From Spirochaetota bacterium (GTDB lineage Bacteria; Spirochaetota; UBA12135; COTS27; CBDBHE01), in NCBI GenBank assembly GCA_965205605.1, contig CBDBHE010000005.1, positions 19,805 to 83,804 of the forward strand: a stretch of DNA of 64,000 nucleotides, in the 5' to 3' direction. Of the stretch, positions 1 through 9,910 are shown one piece after another. The notes beneath the pieces were generated by a model. It worked only from the letters and a program-made list of their open reading frames with translations. It was not told where the DNA came from and made no database searches. Within the stretch, counting starts at the first letter, position 1; each line of letters starts with the position of its first letter. The translations under genes and the position numbers were made by a program.

Positions 1-370
1 TTTTTTTATCAAGGCCCCATTCTTTTGTTAAAAGCTCCCAAGCCCAAATAATGGCTTCTTCTTTCCAATAATCTCCAAAAGACCAATTTCCAAGCATTTC
101 AAAAAAAGTATGATGATACGTATCAAAGCCTACCTCTTGAAGATCATTGTGTTTACCAGAAACTCGAAGGCATTTTTGAAAATTACAAATACGCTGATGT
201 TCATAAGATTGTAATCCTAAAAAAATATCTTTAAAAGGATTCATTCCTGCATTAGTGAACAGAAGCTCACTATTTTCCTCCGGTACTAAAGAAGCACTAG
301 AAAAAACAACATGCCCTTTAGAAGCAAAAAAATCCAAAAAACTTTTTCGAATTGTTTGATGATTCATCAC
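1..370 (-). CDS. alaS: Alanine--tRNA ligase, N-terminal part (runs off window start)
   Basis: Manual translation from GTG/ATG at 370/367: [19 protein letters not shown]...[12 protein letters not shown]...[13 protein letters not shown]...[18 protein letters not shown], diagnostic AlaRS motifs. Not in the ORF track. Confidence 0.97.
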   Translation of the reverse strand, partial: MMNHQTIRKSFLDFFASKGHVVFSSASLVPEENSELLFTNAGMNPFKDIFLGLQSYEHQRICNFQKCLRVSGKHNDLQEVGFDTYHHTFFEMLGNWSFGDYWKEEAIIWAWELLTKEWGLDKK

Positions 371-517
371 ACGCTTTTATTGTTAAAAACAAATCCTTAA
401 TATAAATATAAAAAAATTAAACTAAAAAGATTTTTCTTTAGTTGAAAAAAATAATTGTACTATTACTTTATCAAAAGCTGATGTTTAAAAACAAACCTTA
501 AAGTTTCTTTTTAGAAG

Positions 518-1558
518 CTATCCTCCGATTTGAAACATCTCAATTTTTTTTTCAGATGATTTTTTTTCTAAAAAACGTTTTCTTTCCTCAGAATAGCGAT
601 CAAAACGATGGGCCCAAATTTCCCTTAAATAAGCCTCGATTTGCTGATCTGTCTTACTTAGGACTTCACTTAAAGGAAAGCCTTTTTTAGCAAAAAGACA
701 TGTATATAAAATTCCTTGAACTGAAAGTCTGGCCCGATTGCAGTTTTTACAAAAAGGTTTTGTAACAGAAGAAATAAACCCTACCCCTCCTGGAAAATGA
801 TCTAAAAAAAAATAATTTTCAGCAACTCCTTGTGAAAAAGAATCCCGTAAAGAAGATTTTAAACGGGGAGTTTGTTTACATGGTGTAAGAGGATATTTCA
901 CTTCAATTTGTTTCTTAATAAAGGATGAAGAAACAACTTGTTTTTCATTCCAATGATTAAGATTGCCAGTATCCATAAATTCAATAAAACGAATAAAAAC
1001 ACCTTTTTCCCGAGCATAATCCACTAAAGGCAAAATTTCACTTTCATTAAAATGACGCAGGATAACGGTGTTAATTTTAACTTCAAACCCTGTCTTTAAA
1101 GAAGCTTCAATCCCTTTTAAAACTTTATGAAAAGCTTCCTTTGAAGTTCCTCTTATTTTTGAAAAAAGAGTTTCATTTAAAGCATCCAAACTAACAGTCA
1201 AACCATCAAGCCCACTCCTTTTTAAATCTTCTACTAAAGGTTCTAAAAGATCTCCATTGGTGGTTAAAAAAATTTTTTTAATGCCTTTAATTAACTTTAA
1301 AGTTTTGATAATCGTACAAATATCTTTTCTAAGTAAGGCTTCACCCCCGGTTAATCTAATTTTAGAAACACCTAGTTTTGTAAAAATTTTAATAAGACGT
1401 TTTAAATGGGAAATCGATAAATAAGTATCAGGAGGAAAAAATTGATACTTATTTCCTTTAGGCATACAATAAGTACATCGAAAATGACACTTATCAGTTA
1501 ATGAAAGACGGAGTGTGTTTAAAGGGCGATTGAAAGTATCGTGAATCAAGTGTGACAA
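518..1558 (-). CDS. moaA: GTP 3',8-cyclase MoaA (radical SAM)
   Basis: LRLSLTDKCHFRCTYC (CxxxCxxC), RLTGGE, RFIEFM, C-terminal FCKNCNRARL...C cluster and terminal IGG. Confidence 0.95.
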   Translation of the reverse strand: MSHLIHDTFNRPLNTLRLSLTDKCHFRCTYCMPKGNKYQFFPPDTYLSISHLKRLIKIFTKLGVSKIRLTGGEALLRKDICTIIKTLKLIKGIKKIFLTTNGDLLEPLVEDLKRSGLDGLTVSLDALNETLFSKIRGTSKEAFHKVLKGIEASLKTGFEVKINTVILRHFNESEILPLVDYAREKGVFIRFIEFMDTGNLNHWNEKQVVSSSFIKKQIEVKYPLTPCKQTPRLKSSLRDSFSQGVAENYFFLDHFPGGVGFISSVTKPFCKNCNRARLSVQGILYTCLFAKKGFPLSEVLSKTDQQIEAYLREIWAHRFDRYSEERKRFLEKKSSEKKIEMFQIGG

Positions 1559-1675
1559 AACTATAAAAACAACTTTTTATTTTTACTTTAAACTAAATTT
1601 CTTTTTTTTGAAAATAGAAATTTGTTTTAAAAAAATGTCTATTTTATAATGAAAAATAATCTTTTCTTAAAAACG

Positions 1676-2534
1676 ATGAACAATACCGATAAAGCAAAAA
1701 TTCTTACGGAAGCAATTCCGTATATTCAACGATTTTCCAAAAAAAAAAATGGTTATTAAAGTAGGTGGATCAGTGATAGAGAATGAAAATTTACAAAAAA
1801 ATTTATTTCAAGATATTGTTTGGATGCAATTAACAGGCATTGAACCTATCATCGTTCACGGAGGAGGTAAACATATTTCATCGATGATGAAAAAACTGGG
1901 AAAACAAAGTCAATTCATTGATGGGTTAAGAGTAACCGATAAAGAAACAATGGAAATTACTCAAATGATTTTAGCAGGTTTATTAAGTAAAGATATTGTT
2001 TCAATGATTCAAAGAGAAGGTGGAAAAGCTGTTGGTTTTTCTGGAAAAGATGGCAATATGGTTTTAGCAAAAAAAATTGAAAAAAATAAAATTGACTATG
2101 GTTATGTAGGTGAGATTGAAAAAATTGATCCTGTTATTATTAATTATTTATTAGAAAAAAATTTTATTCCAGTGCTTTCGCCTATTGCTAATAGTCAAAG
2201 TGCTCAATCTCTTAATATCAATGCCGATCTTTTTGCTATTGAACTCTCCATTGCTTTAAAAGCAGAAAAAGTAATTTTTATTACTGATGTGAAAGGAATC
2301 TTACTTGAAGAAAAAAATGAAAAAACACTGATTGAAAAAATAAATATTAAAAAAATAAAATCTTTAATTAAAAACAAAACCATTTCAAAAGGAATGATAC
2401 CAAAAGCAGAGTCAGGTATAAAAGCCATCGAAAAAGGAGTTTTAAGTGTACACATTATCAGTGGAAAAATTCCCCACTCTTTAATGATCGAGCTTTTTAC
2501 AACAGAAGGTATCGGGACTCAAATCATCAAATAA
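1676..2534 (+). CDS. argB: Acetylglutamate kinase; 5' end out of frame across an A11 tract at 1739-1749
   Basis: ORF 1749-2534 has VIKVGG, VHGGG, GLRVTD, NINAD, GMIPK, GIGT. Upstream ATG 1676 encodes MNNTDKAKILTEAIPYIQRFSKKK (ArgB N-terminal EALPY helix) in a different frame. Confidence 0.93.
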
Positions 2535-2562
2535 AATCATTTTTATTTGATTAAAAACCACT

Positions 2563-3735
2563 ATGACACAAGCTCTTTTTGACACTTATCATCGATTTAA
2601 TATCGAGTTTATCAAAGGAAAAAAATCCACTCTTATTGATACAAAAGGAAAAAATTATATTGATTTTCTTTCAGGACTTGGTGTTAATAATCTTGGATAT
2701 AGCAACAAAATAATTTCAAAATCTATAAAAAAAGCTTTAAAAAAACCTTTACATACTAGTAATTTATTTGAGATTTCTAGCCAAAGAAGTCTTGCTAAAT
2801 TGATTCAAAAAGAAACTTTTTCAGGAGCTTCTTTTTTTTGCAATAGTGGCACAGAAGCCAATGAAGCAGCTATTAAGTTTACCCTTAAATATGCTAAAAT
2901 AAAAAATAAAAAAAATCCAATTATTTTAAGTGCAATTAATTCGTTTCACGGACGGACCATCGGTTCGTTAAGTTTAACAGGTCAAAAAAAATATCAAACC
3001 GATTTTAAGCCTCTCCTACCCAATATTAAAACATTTGAATACAACAACACAACCTCTTTAGAAAAAAAATTTTCAAACAATACAGTCGCTGTTTTCATTG
3101 AAGTCGTTCAAGGAGAAGGAGGCGTGTTTCCTATTGAATTAAATTTTTTTAAAAAAATAAGAGACTTATGCAATCAACACGAAGCTCTTCTAATTGTTGA
3201 TGAGGTCCAATCAGGGTGCAGCCGAACAGGTCGTTTTCTTGCTTCTCAACATTTCAAAGTCCCCATTGATGGATTTACTTTAGCAAAATCATTAGCGGGA
3301 GGTCTTCCAATAGGGTGCTTTACAATTAAAAAAAAATATGCCGATATTTTTTCTTATGGGGATCACGCTTCTACTTTTGGGGGCAATCCTTTTGTCACCC
3401 AAGTCGCTCTTTGTGCTTTTAAGCTATTAACTCATCCCAATTTTCTAAAAAAAATAAGAGAAAAAAGTCTTTTGTTCAAAGAAATTTTATTAAATTTAAA
3501 AAAAGAGTATTCTTTTATTAAAGAAATAAGGCAATTGGGCCTCATGATGGCTTTTGAAATGAAAAAAAACACTTTATCGGCTTCTTTATTGGTTCAAAAA
3601 GCACTTGAAGAAGGTCTTATTATTGGAAATATTGGAGAGAATACAATTCGAATGTTACCCCCTCTTATCATTAATAAAAAAGAACTTGAACAAGGAGTAA
3701 AGTGCTTAAAAAAAATAATAAGTTGTCTAAAATAA
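2563..3735 (+). CDS. argD: Acetylornithine aminotransferase (class III PLP)
   Basis: FFCNSGTEANEAAIK, SFHGRT, DEVQSG, LAKSLAGG, HASTFGGNP; lies between argB and argF. Confidence 0.93.
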   Translation: MTQALFDTYHRFNIEFIKGKKSTLIDTKGKNYIDFLSGLGVNNLGYSNKIISKSIKKALKKPLHTSNLFEISSQRSLAKLIQKETFSGASFFCNSGTEANEAAIKFTLKYAKIKNKKNPIILSAINSFHGRTIGSLSLTGQKKYQTDFKPLLPNIKTFEYNNTTSLEKKFSNNTVAVFIEVVQGEGGVFPIELNFFKKIRDLCNQHEALLIVDEVQSGCSRTGRFLASQHFKVPIDGFTLAKSLAGGLPIGCFTIKKKYADIFSYGDHASTFGGNPFVTQVALCAFKLLTHPNFLKKIREKSLLFKEILLNLKKEYSFIKEIRQLGLMMAFEMKKNTLSASLLVQKALEEGLIIGNIGENTIRMLPPLIINKKELEQGVKCLKKIISCLK

Positions 3736-3737
3736 AC

Positions 3738-4634
3738 ATGTTTAATCAAAAAGACTTCATTGATCTAAAGGACTTTAACCAAAAAGAACTTGAATCTATT
3801 TTAAAATTGGCTACTGCTTTAAAAAAAAAAAAATCTCTTTTAAAAAAATCTCTTTTAAAAGGCAAAAATATTGGTCTACTTTTTAACAAAGAATCAACAA
3901 GGACAAGAATTGCTTTTGAAGTGGCCATTAATCAATTAGGGGGACATTGTATTTTTTTACAAGATTCTCAAATACAAATGAGTTGTGGAGAAGATCTTTT
4001 AGATACTGCTAAAGTTTTAGAACGTTATTTAGATACTCTCATTATTAGAAATAATTCTTATGAGGATCTTATAAAAATCTCAAAAAACATTCAAATCCCC
4101 GTTATCAATGCTTTAACAAATAAGAATCATCCTTGTCAAATTTTAGCTGATTTTCTTACGATTCAAGAGAGAAAAAAAAATTTACAGAAAATAAAAATTG
4201 CTTATCTTGGAGATGGCAATAATGTCGCTTATTCTTTAGCGATGGGGTGTAAGATTTTAAACATTTCTCTTTCAGTTGCTTCTCCTAAAAAGTATCAACT
4301 AGAAAAAAAAATACAACAAGAACTTCATGCTCCTTATATTCAATTTTCAAATGATCCAATTGAAGCTTGCAAACAAGCTGATGTGATTTACACTGATGTT
4401 TGGACTTCAATGGGAGACAAAAAAAAAGAAAAAAAATTATTTCAAAAATTCCAAATTAATCAAAAACTCCTTAAAAATGCAAAAAAAGATTATATTTTTC
4501 TTCATTGTTTACCGGCTCATCGTGGAGAAGAAGTCACCAACACAATTATAGATAGTTTTCAATCTTGCGTTTTTGATCAAGCTGAAAATAAACTTTACAC
4601 ACAAAAAGCAATTTTAATACTATTATTTAATTAA
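3738..4634 (+). CDS. argF: Ornithine carbamoyltransferase
   Basis: STRTR, HPCQ, GDGNN, YTDVWTSMG, FLHCLP; ATG at 3738 directly after the argD stop. Confidence 0.95.
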   Translation: MFNQKDFIDLKDFNQKELESILKLATALKKKKSLLKKSLLKGKNIGLLFNKESTRTRIAFEVAINQLGGHCIFLQDSQIQMSCGEDLLDTAKVLERYLDTLIIRNNSYEDLIKISKNIQIPVINALTNKNHPCQILADFLTIQERKKNLQKIKIAYLGDGNNVAYSLAMGCKILNISLSVASPKKYQLEKKIQQELHAPYIQFSNDPIEACKQADVIYTDVWTSMGDKKKEKKLFQKFQINQKLLKNAKKDYIFLHCLPAHRGEEVTNTIIDSFQSCVFDQAENKLYTQKAILILLFN

Positions 4635-4664
4635 ATAAGTTTAAGTTAGATTTAAAAAATTAAA

Positions 4665-4964
4665 ATGATAAAAAGCAATATAAAAAAAATTATTTTAGTT
4701 TTGTTTTCAATATTTCTTTTTTTAAAAGAACGCTCTTTTTTAAAAGACTTTTTAATTTATGAAAAATCAATTCCTTTAAAAGAGATCAAAATTACAGGCC
4801 CTATTTTAAAAAAAGGTATTTATAGAGTCCCAATGGATGCTAATATTAAAGAAATTATTAAAATAGCGGGTGGATTAAAGCCATCTTATTTTTTAAAAAA
4901 AAATACAGGAAATTTAGTACTTATTAATGAATCTACAATAAATATGATAAAATACACTTATTAA
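4665..4964 (+). CDS. Small SLBB (beta-grasp) domain protein with N-terminal hydrophobic segment
   Basis: IKITGPILKKGIYRVP...IKEIIKIAGG resembles the SLBB motif of the ComEA N-terminus; no HhH domain follows. Confidence 0.55.
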   Translation: MIKSNIKKIILVLFSIFLFLKERSFLKDFLIYEKSIPLKEIKITGPILKKGIYRVPMDANIKEIIKIAGGLKPSYFLKKNTGNLVLINESTINMIKYTY

Positions 4965-4986
4965 TATTAATAATAATAAGTAAGTC

Positions 4987-6159
4987 ATGGCAGAAGAAAC
5001 GATGAAAGATGATGAAAAAGAGGATATAAGCCTTTCGGAAAATGAATTAGATAACATTCTTTCAAAAGCTGAAATTTCACAAATTGACATTGATTCACAA
5101 GAAATAGACTCAAGCTTAAAAGAAGAAAATACCTTTTTTCCTAGTACTAACTTTGATGAAACCCCAGAAGATATTGACGATATTACTCTTGAAAATAAAG
5201 ATAACATTTCCACTAATTTAGACACAAGTCCTCAACCTAAAAAAGAACCTACCTCTCTTATAGATGAAGATAAAAAAAGTGAAGATAAGGGTGATTTTTC
5301 TTTAGATAACAACGATGACCCTAGTCTCTATGATTTTGATCCTAATGTCGATCCTGCTACCAAAAGCACCTCTTCTTCTGTAGAAGCTCAAGCTCCTAAA
5401 AATCCAACAGATAGTAGTAATACAAATCCCCCAGAATCTTCTTTAGATGACAACGATGACCCCAGCCTCTATGATTTTGATCCTAATGCCGATCCTGCTA
5501 CCAAAAGCACCTCTTCTTCTGTAGAAGCTCAAGCTCCTAAAAATCCAACAGATAGTAGTAATACAAATCCCCCAGAATCTTCTTTAGATGACAACGATGA
5601 CCCTAGTCTCTATGATTTTGATCCTAATGCCGATCCTGCTACAAGTAATGAAACCTCAATTAATGATCAAGCTCCTGAAGACCCTTCTTTTGTGAGTGAT
5701 TTCTCTGCTGACCAAGCAGATGAAAACCAAGTCGAAAAAAGCGCTATCCAATCAAATGAAGAAGATGAAACTGTCTCTTTATCACCAAACGAGATGGGCA
5801 GTATTTTAGAAAATGTTGATAAATCAAAGATGGTTAATTTAAACGAAAATTTAAAAAATACAATAACTAACTCTATCGATAAAGTTTCTAGTAGTGAAAC
5901 AAACGAAAGTTTTGATGGGGGTGTTACTCAAGGAGATATTGAAAATGCTCCTGTCATTGACCCAGAAATAAGCAGTTTAGTCACAAAAAATAGCTCAAGC
6001 CAAGCTTTATCTTTACCCATTAGTGAAGAAGAACTTTATGATCTTTTTAGTTTTTTAGATGAAATATTAAGTTATCTTCCTGAAGATAAAATTCAAGAGT
6101 TTGCTCATTCAAGTTATTATGATAAATATATTGCACTTTTAAATAAACTTGGTATTTAA
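4987..6159 (+). CDS. Acidic low-complexity protein with internal repeats and a conserved-looking C-terminal helical domain
   Basis: D/E/S/N/P-rich. C-terminal FLDEILSYLPEDKIQEFAHSSYYDKY...LGI resembles, from memory, uncharacterised spirochaete acidic proteins. Confidence 0.75.
   Translation: MAEETMKDDEKEDISLSENELDNILSKAEISQIDIDSQEIDSSLKEENTFFPSTNFDETPEDIDDITLENKDNISTNLDTSPQPKKEPTSLIDEDKKSEDKGDFSLDNNDDPSLYDFDPNVDPATKSTSSSVEAQAPKNPTDSSNTNPPESSLDDNDDPSLYDFDPNADPATKSTSSSVEAQAPKNPTDSSNTNPPESSLDDNDDPSLYDFDPNADPATSNETSINDQAPEDPSFVSDFSADQADENQVEKSAIQSNEEDETVSLSPNEMGSILENVDKSKMVNLNENLKNTITNSIDKVSSSETNESFDGGVTQGDIENAPVIDPEISSLVTKNSSSQALSLPISEEELYDLFSFLDEILSYLPEDKIQEFAHSSYYDKYIALLNKLGI
5299..5642 (+). 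repeat. 141-bp (47-aa) near-perfect intragenic tandem repeat, ~2.4 copies
   Basis: Units start at 5299, 5440 and 5581 (tctttagat[a/g]acaacgatgaccc...), encoding SLDDNDDPSLYDFDPNADPATKSTSSSVEAQAPKNPTDSSNTNPPES. Confidence 0.97.
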
Positions 6160-6167
6160 TCTTTCCT

Positions 6168-6734
6168 ATGAGTTTATATCAAAAAAGTAAAAATTTTCTT
6201 TTTCAAGAGTTTATTCACAAAAATTACCAAGGCATTAATGAAGAAAATAAAAAAAAATTACTTGCCATTAAAACAGAAGATATTTTAACTTACAAAGAAG
6301 AATTAGAGGGTCTTTTAAAATTAATTGAACAAACAACTATTATTTTAAGTAAATCACCCAAATCTCTTTCTTTAAAAGAAAGTCTTTTTAAAATATGTCG
6401 CGAATTTGAAATTGATTTTTTTACTTTATATCTTTTTAATTACAAAAAAACAATATTAGAAAAAAAAATTCACTTTGGAAATGAAGATTTACATAAAGCA
6501 TCTATTCCCATTGAAGAATGGATAACCAAATCAGACAACCCTTTACTCTCTTTTTCCCTTTATAAAAATTCTAAAAAAAAACCTATTTTAGAACAAAAAA
6601 CTATTTTAGAAAATTACAAAGGAAATCAAATTGGAGGAGTCATTTGGAAAAAAAAACTAAGTCATTATTCTTTACCTGTGATTAGAAATTTCTTAAAAAG
6701 CATGACTGTTTTTTGTATTAATAATTTTAAATAA
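6168..6734 (+). CDS. Hypothetical protein
   Basis: 188-aa ORF tightly spaced between the acidic protein and obg; no recognised motif. Confidence 0.6.
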   Translation: MSLYQKSKNFLFQEFIHKNYQGINEENKKKLLAIKTEDILTYKEELEGLLKLIEQTTIILSKSPKSLSLKESLFKICREFEIDFFTLYLFNYKKTILEKKIHFGNEDLHKASIPIEEWITKSDNPLLSFSLYKNSKKKPILEQKTILENYKGNQIGGVIWKKKLSHYSLPVIRNFLKSMTVFCINNFK

Positions 6735-6764
6735 ATTTCATATTTTTTTATTCTCACCTACCTT

Positions 6765-7772
6765 TTGATGAAAGGGTTTATTGATCAATTAAATTTAACA
6801 GTGGCTTCCGGTAATGGGGCTCCTGGAGCTGTCTCTTTTAGAAGAGAAAAATTTGTCCCAAAAGGAGGGCCAGATGGGGGAGATGGGGGAAATGGGGGGA
6901 ATATTATTTTTATTGCCAGTAAAAAATTATCTTCTCTTTCTCACTTATATTCTTTAAAAGTTATAAAAGCCAGTGATGGTCAAGCCGGCAGTGGGCTTAA
7001 TAAAAAAGGTAAAAATGGTGATTTCAAAACCATCCTACTTCCAGTAGGTTCTATTTTAAAAGATCAATTAGGAAATCTTATTGTAGATTTCAATAAAGAT
7101 GGAGAGTCTTTTTTGTTTTTAAAAGGTGGCAAAGGAGGTAGAGGTAATGCTTTTTTCGCAAATTCAAAAAATCAAACCCCCCTCTATGCTCAAAAAGGCA
7201 TTAAAGGAAGTCAAGTTGATATTTTTTTAGAATTAAAATTGATTGCTGATATCGGACTTTTAGGGCTTCCCAATGTTGGAAAATCAACATTTATAGCTTC
7301 TATAACCAATGCAAGGCCTAAAATAGCTAATTATCCTTTTACAACGCTTTCCCCTCATTTGGGAATTTATAACATTAATATTGAAAAACAACTCATTATC
7401 GCTGATATTCCAGGTATCATTGAAGGAGCATATACAGGTAAAGGGCTTGGTCTTTATTTTTTAAAACATATTGAAAGAACAAGTTTTCTTTTTTTTATTA
7501 TTGAAAGTCTTTCAAAAGACCCTTATACAGATTTTAAAAAAATAAAAAAAGAAATTAACTCGTATAGTAAAGAGCTTTCTAAGCGTCCTTATGCTATTGG
7601 CATTAGTAAATCAGAATTAATAACTGACAAAAAAAAACTGATTAATGAATTTTCAAAAATAGAAAGAAGTAAGCTTTTTTTCTTTAGTAGTCTTACCAAA
7701 GAAGGCTTAAAAGAGTTTCAAAAAATTGGGTATGAAGTTTTATTTTTAAAAGAACAAAAAGAGGTAATTTAA
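6765..7772 (+). CDS. obgE: GTPase ObgE/CgtA
   Basis: Gly-rich Obg fold (FRREKFVPKGGPDGGDGG), GLPNVGKST, YPFTTL, DIPG. Confidence 0.96.
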   Translation: MMKGFIDQLNLTVASGNGAPGAVSFRREKFVPKGGPDGGDGGNGGNIIFIASKKLSSLSHLYSLKVIKASDGQAGSGLNKKGKNGDFKTILLPVGSILKDQLGNLIVDFNKDGESFLFLKGGKGGRGNAFFANSKNQTPLYAQKGIKGSQVDIFLELKLIADIGLLGLPNVGKSTFIASITNARPKIANYPFTTLSPHLGIYNINIEKQLIIADIPGIIEGAYTGKGLGLYFLKHIERTSFLFFIIESLSKDPYTDFKKIKKEINSYSKELSKRPYAIGISKSELITDKKKLINEFSKIERSKLFFFSSLTKEGLKEFQKIGYEVLFLKEQKEVI

Positions 7773-7778
7773 ATTCAA

Positions 7779-8723
7779 TTACTCATCAATTATAATTGGA
7801 AAAGAATGACGAAAACCATTTAAAAAAAAAGGGATTTCCAACGCTTTTTTATTTTCTTTTTTTATTTTTTTAACTTCAAGGACGCCTTCTTTTAAAATCA
7901 AAAGCAGGCTTTTCTTACCTTTATTAATTAAAGTGCCACTAGGTAGATTTGAAAAATCAGTATCTTCTTGATGGTAAAAAATAAGATCTAAAAGCTCATG
8001 TTTTTTCCCTTTTAAGGAAAAAAAAATTCCAGGCCAAGGCAAGTAAGCTTTGAATTTTCTAAAAATATTCAAAGCATTGTCTTTTGGTGTAACTCTTCCA
8101 TCTTCTTTTTTAATCTTAAAGCAATAACTAGCTTGAGAATGATCTTGAGAAGACAAATTAAGAAATGACCCCGGAGCTGTTTTAAAAAAAGTCTGGAGTA
8201 AGTGTTTTGTTTTTTTTGTTGCTAAATCAAAAACTTGAGGAGCGGTTTTGTCTTTAATTTCAAAAGAATCTTTCATGGAAATATCACCTTGATCCATTTT
8301 TTCATTAATTTTTTGAATCGAAATACCAGTTGTTTCTTCTCCTTTTATAATAACCGATTGAATGGGAGAAGCTCCCCGATACTTTGGCAAAATAGAAAAA
8401 TGAACATTAAACATCCCATATTTTGGGATAGAAAAAAAATTCTTTGGTAAAATAAGACCATAAGAAATCACTAATCCTAAATCAACTTTGATTTTTTTAA
8501 GTGATAAAATATCTTCACTTGTAATAGAAGAAGGGCAAAAAAATGGAATTTTTTTTTCTTTTGCTAAAAAAATAATTTTCGAATGGGAATGAGCTTGATT
8601 TCTTTTTTGAATTGTTTCATTTTTTGTCCATATTACTTTAACATTGGCTAAAGAATGCTGAAGAATAAACTCTAAAACTTCTGCTGAAAAAGCCGCTGAA
8701 GCTAAAAAAACAATTGATTGCAA
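7779..8723 (-). CDS. fmt: Methionyl-tRNA formyltransferase
   Basis: NVHFSILPKYRGASPIQ, KMDQGD, C-terminal KIKKEDG...AYLPWPG; divergent N-terminus; TTG start. Confidence 0.9.
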   Translation of the reverse strand: MQSIVFLASAAFSAEVLEFILQHSLANVKVIWTKNETIQKRNQAHSHSKIIFLAKEKKIPFFCPSSITSEDILSLKKIKVDLGLVISYGLILPKNFFSIPKYGMFNVHFSILPKYRGASPIQSVIIKGEETTGISIQKINEKMDQGDISMKDSFEIKDKTAPQVFDLATKKTKHLLQTFFKTAPGSFLNLSSQDHSQASYCFKIKKEDGRVTPKDNALNIFRKFKAYLPWPGIFFSLKGKKHELLDLIFYHQEDTDFSNLPSGTLINKGKKSLLLILKEGVLEVKKIKKENKKALEIPFFLNGFRHSFPIIIDE

Positions 8724-9782
8724 CTAAATCTCAATAATTAAAGAAGCAAAAGAATACCCACCTCCCACAGCAGTAAAACCTATCTTAGAAGAACTTTTAT
8801 AAGAAGGATATCCTTGAAGCTTCCCTTTTATAAGTAAGTTCATCGCTACAGGAATGGTTGCACTAGATAAATTTCCTAGTTGCTCAATGCACTTAACAAA
8901 ATGACATTTTTCTGGAAGATTTAATTTTTCTTCTAAAGCATTTAAAATACGAAGGTTCGCCTGATGGGGAATAATGTAATCAAGATCTTCTAAAGACATT
9001 TTAGATTTTTCTAAAGCTCCCAGTAAGACACTTGACATTGCATTGACTGCTTTTCTTTGGACTAAAGGGCCTCCTCCCATTTGTAATTTCTGACCTCTTA
9101 ACATACAGATATGGTCTTTATTAAAACGCATTACATCTAAAAAACCAAAAACATTGTTTTTTTCACTTCGGCTTACCAAAAACGCTCCAGCTGAATCCCC
9201 AAATAGAATACAAGTAAGTGGGTCATCAAAATTAATTTTATTACTCATATATTCCGAAGCAACAACTAGTACATGGTTATAAAAACCAGAAGACACTTTA
9301 AGCACAGCATCAATTAAACCATCTATAAATCCACTACAAGCGGTGTTTAAAGTAACCCCTGAAATTTTTTGATCCATAAGTCCAAGAAAATTTTGTAAAG
9401 AACAAACAGGTGCAGGGATGACCATTTCACTTGAAAAAGAACAGTAAATAATATGATCAATTTTTTTTGAATCAATGCCAGCATTTTTAATAGCCTCTTC
9501 ACTTGCTTTAAAAGCCATATACTCGTTCATTAAAGAAGCTTCTTTAGATTCTTCTGAAGAAATGAAATGTCTTTTTTTAATCCCACTCACTTGCTGCACC
9601 CAAAGGTCAAAGACTTGTTTTTCACTGACGTTTTCAGAGATGGTTCCTTTTTTCAAAAGAGAATACTTTGCCTTTTGCACATCAAAATTAGTAATTTTTT
9701 CATATAAATCTTGATTAGTAATCTCTTTTTTAGGTAAATAATAACCCATTCCTGAAATATAAGCGTTTAATTGATTTCCCAT
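8724..9782 (-). CDS. fabH: 3-oxoacyl-ACP synthase III (KAS III)
   Basis: Cys-His-Asn triad (TACSGF, PHQAN, GNLSSA), LFGDSAGA. Confidence 0.88.
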   Translation of the reverse strand: MGNQLNAYISGMGYYLPKKEITNQDLYEKITNFDVQKAKYSLLKKGTISENVSEKQVFDLWVQQVSGIKKRHFISSEESKEASLMNEYMAFKASEEAIKNAGIDSKKIDHIIYCSFSSEMVIPAPVCSLQNFLGLMDQKISGVTLNTACSGFIDGLIDAVLKVSSGFYNHVLVVASEYMSNKINFDDPLTCILFGDSAGAFLVSRSEKNNVFGFLDVMRFNKDHICMLRGQKLQMGGGPLVQRKAVNAMSSVLLGALEKSKMSLEDLDYIIPHQANLRILNALEEKLNLPEKCHFVKCIEQLGNLSSATIPVAMNLLIKGKLQGYPSYKSSSKIGFTAVGGGYSFASLIIEI

Positions 9783-9910
9783 AATTTGAAAAATATTATC
9801 ACATAAAAATTTAAGTAATTCATCTTTTTAATCTTTTTTTTTAAAAAAATCTTCCTTCAAAACTAATTAATTTAATTAATGTTAATTTTCATTATTTAAA
9901 TTAAAATACA

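Noticed and set aside
3821-3860. A13 tract and 15-bp duplication (KKSLL twice) in argF
   Set aside because: Frame is preserved and it falls in a variable loop.
5299-5642. Possible CRISPR array
   Set aside because: Contiguous 141-bp coding tandem units with no unique spacers; no cas genes.
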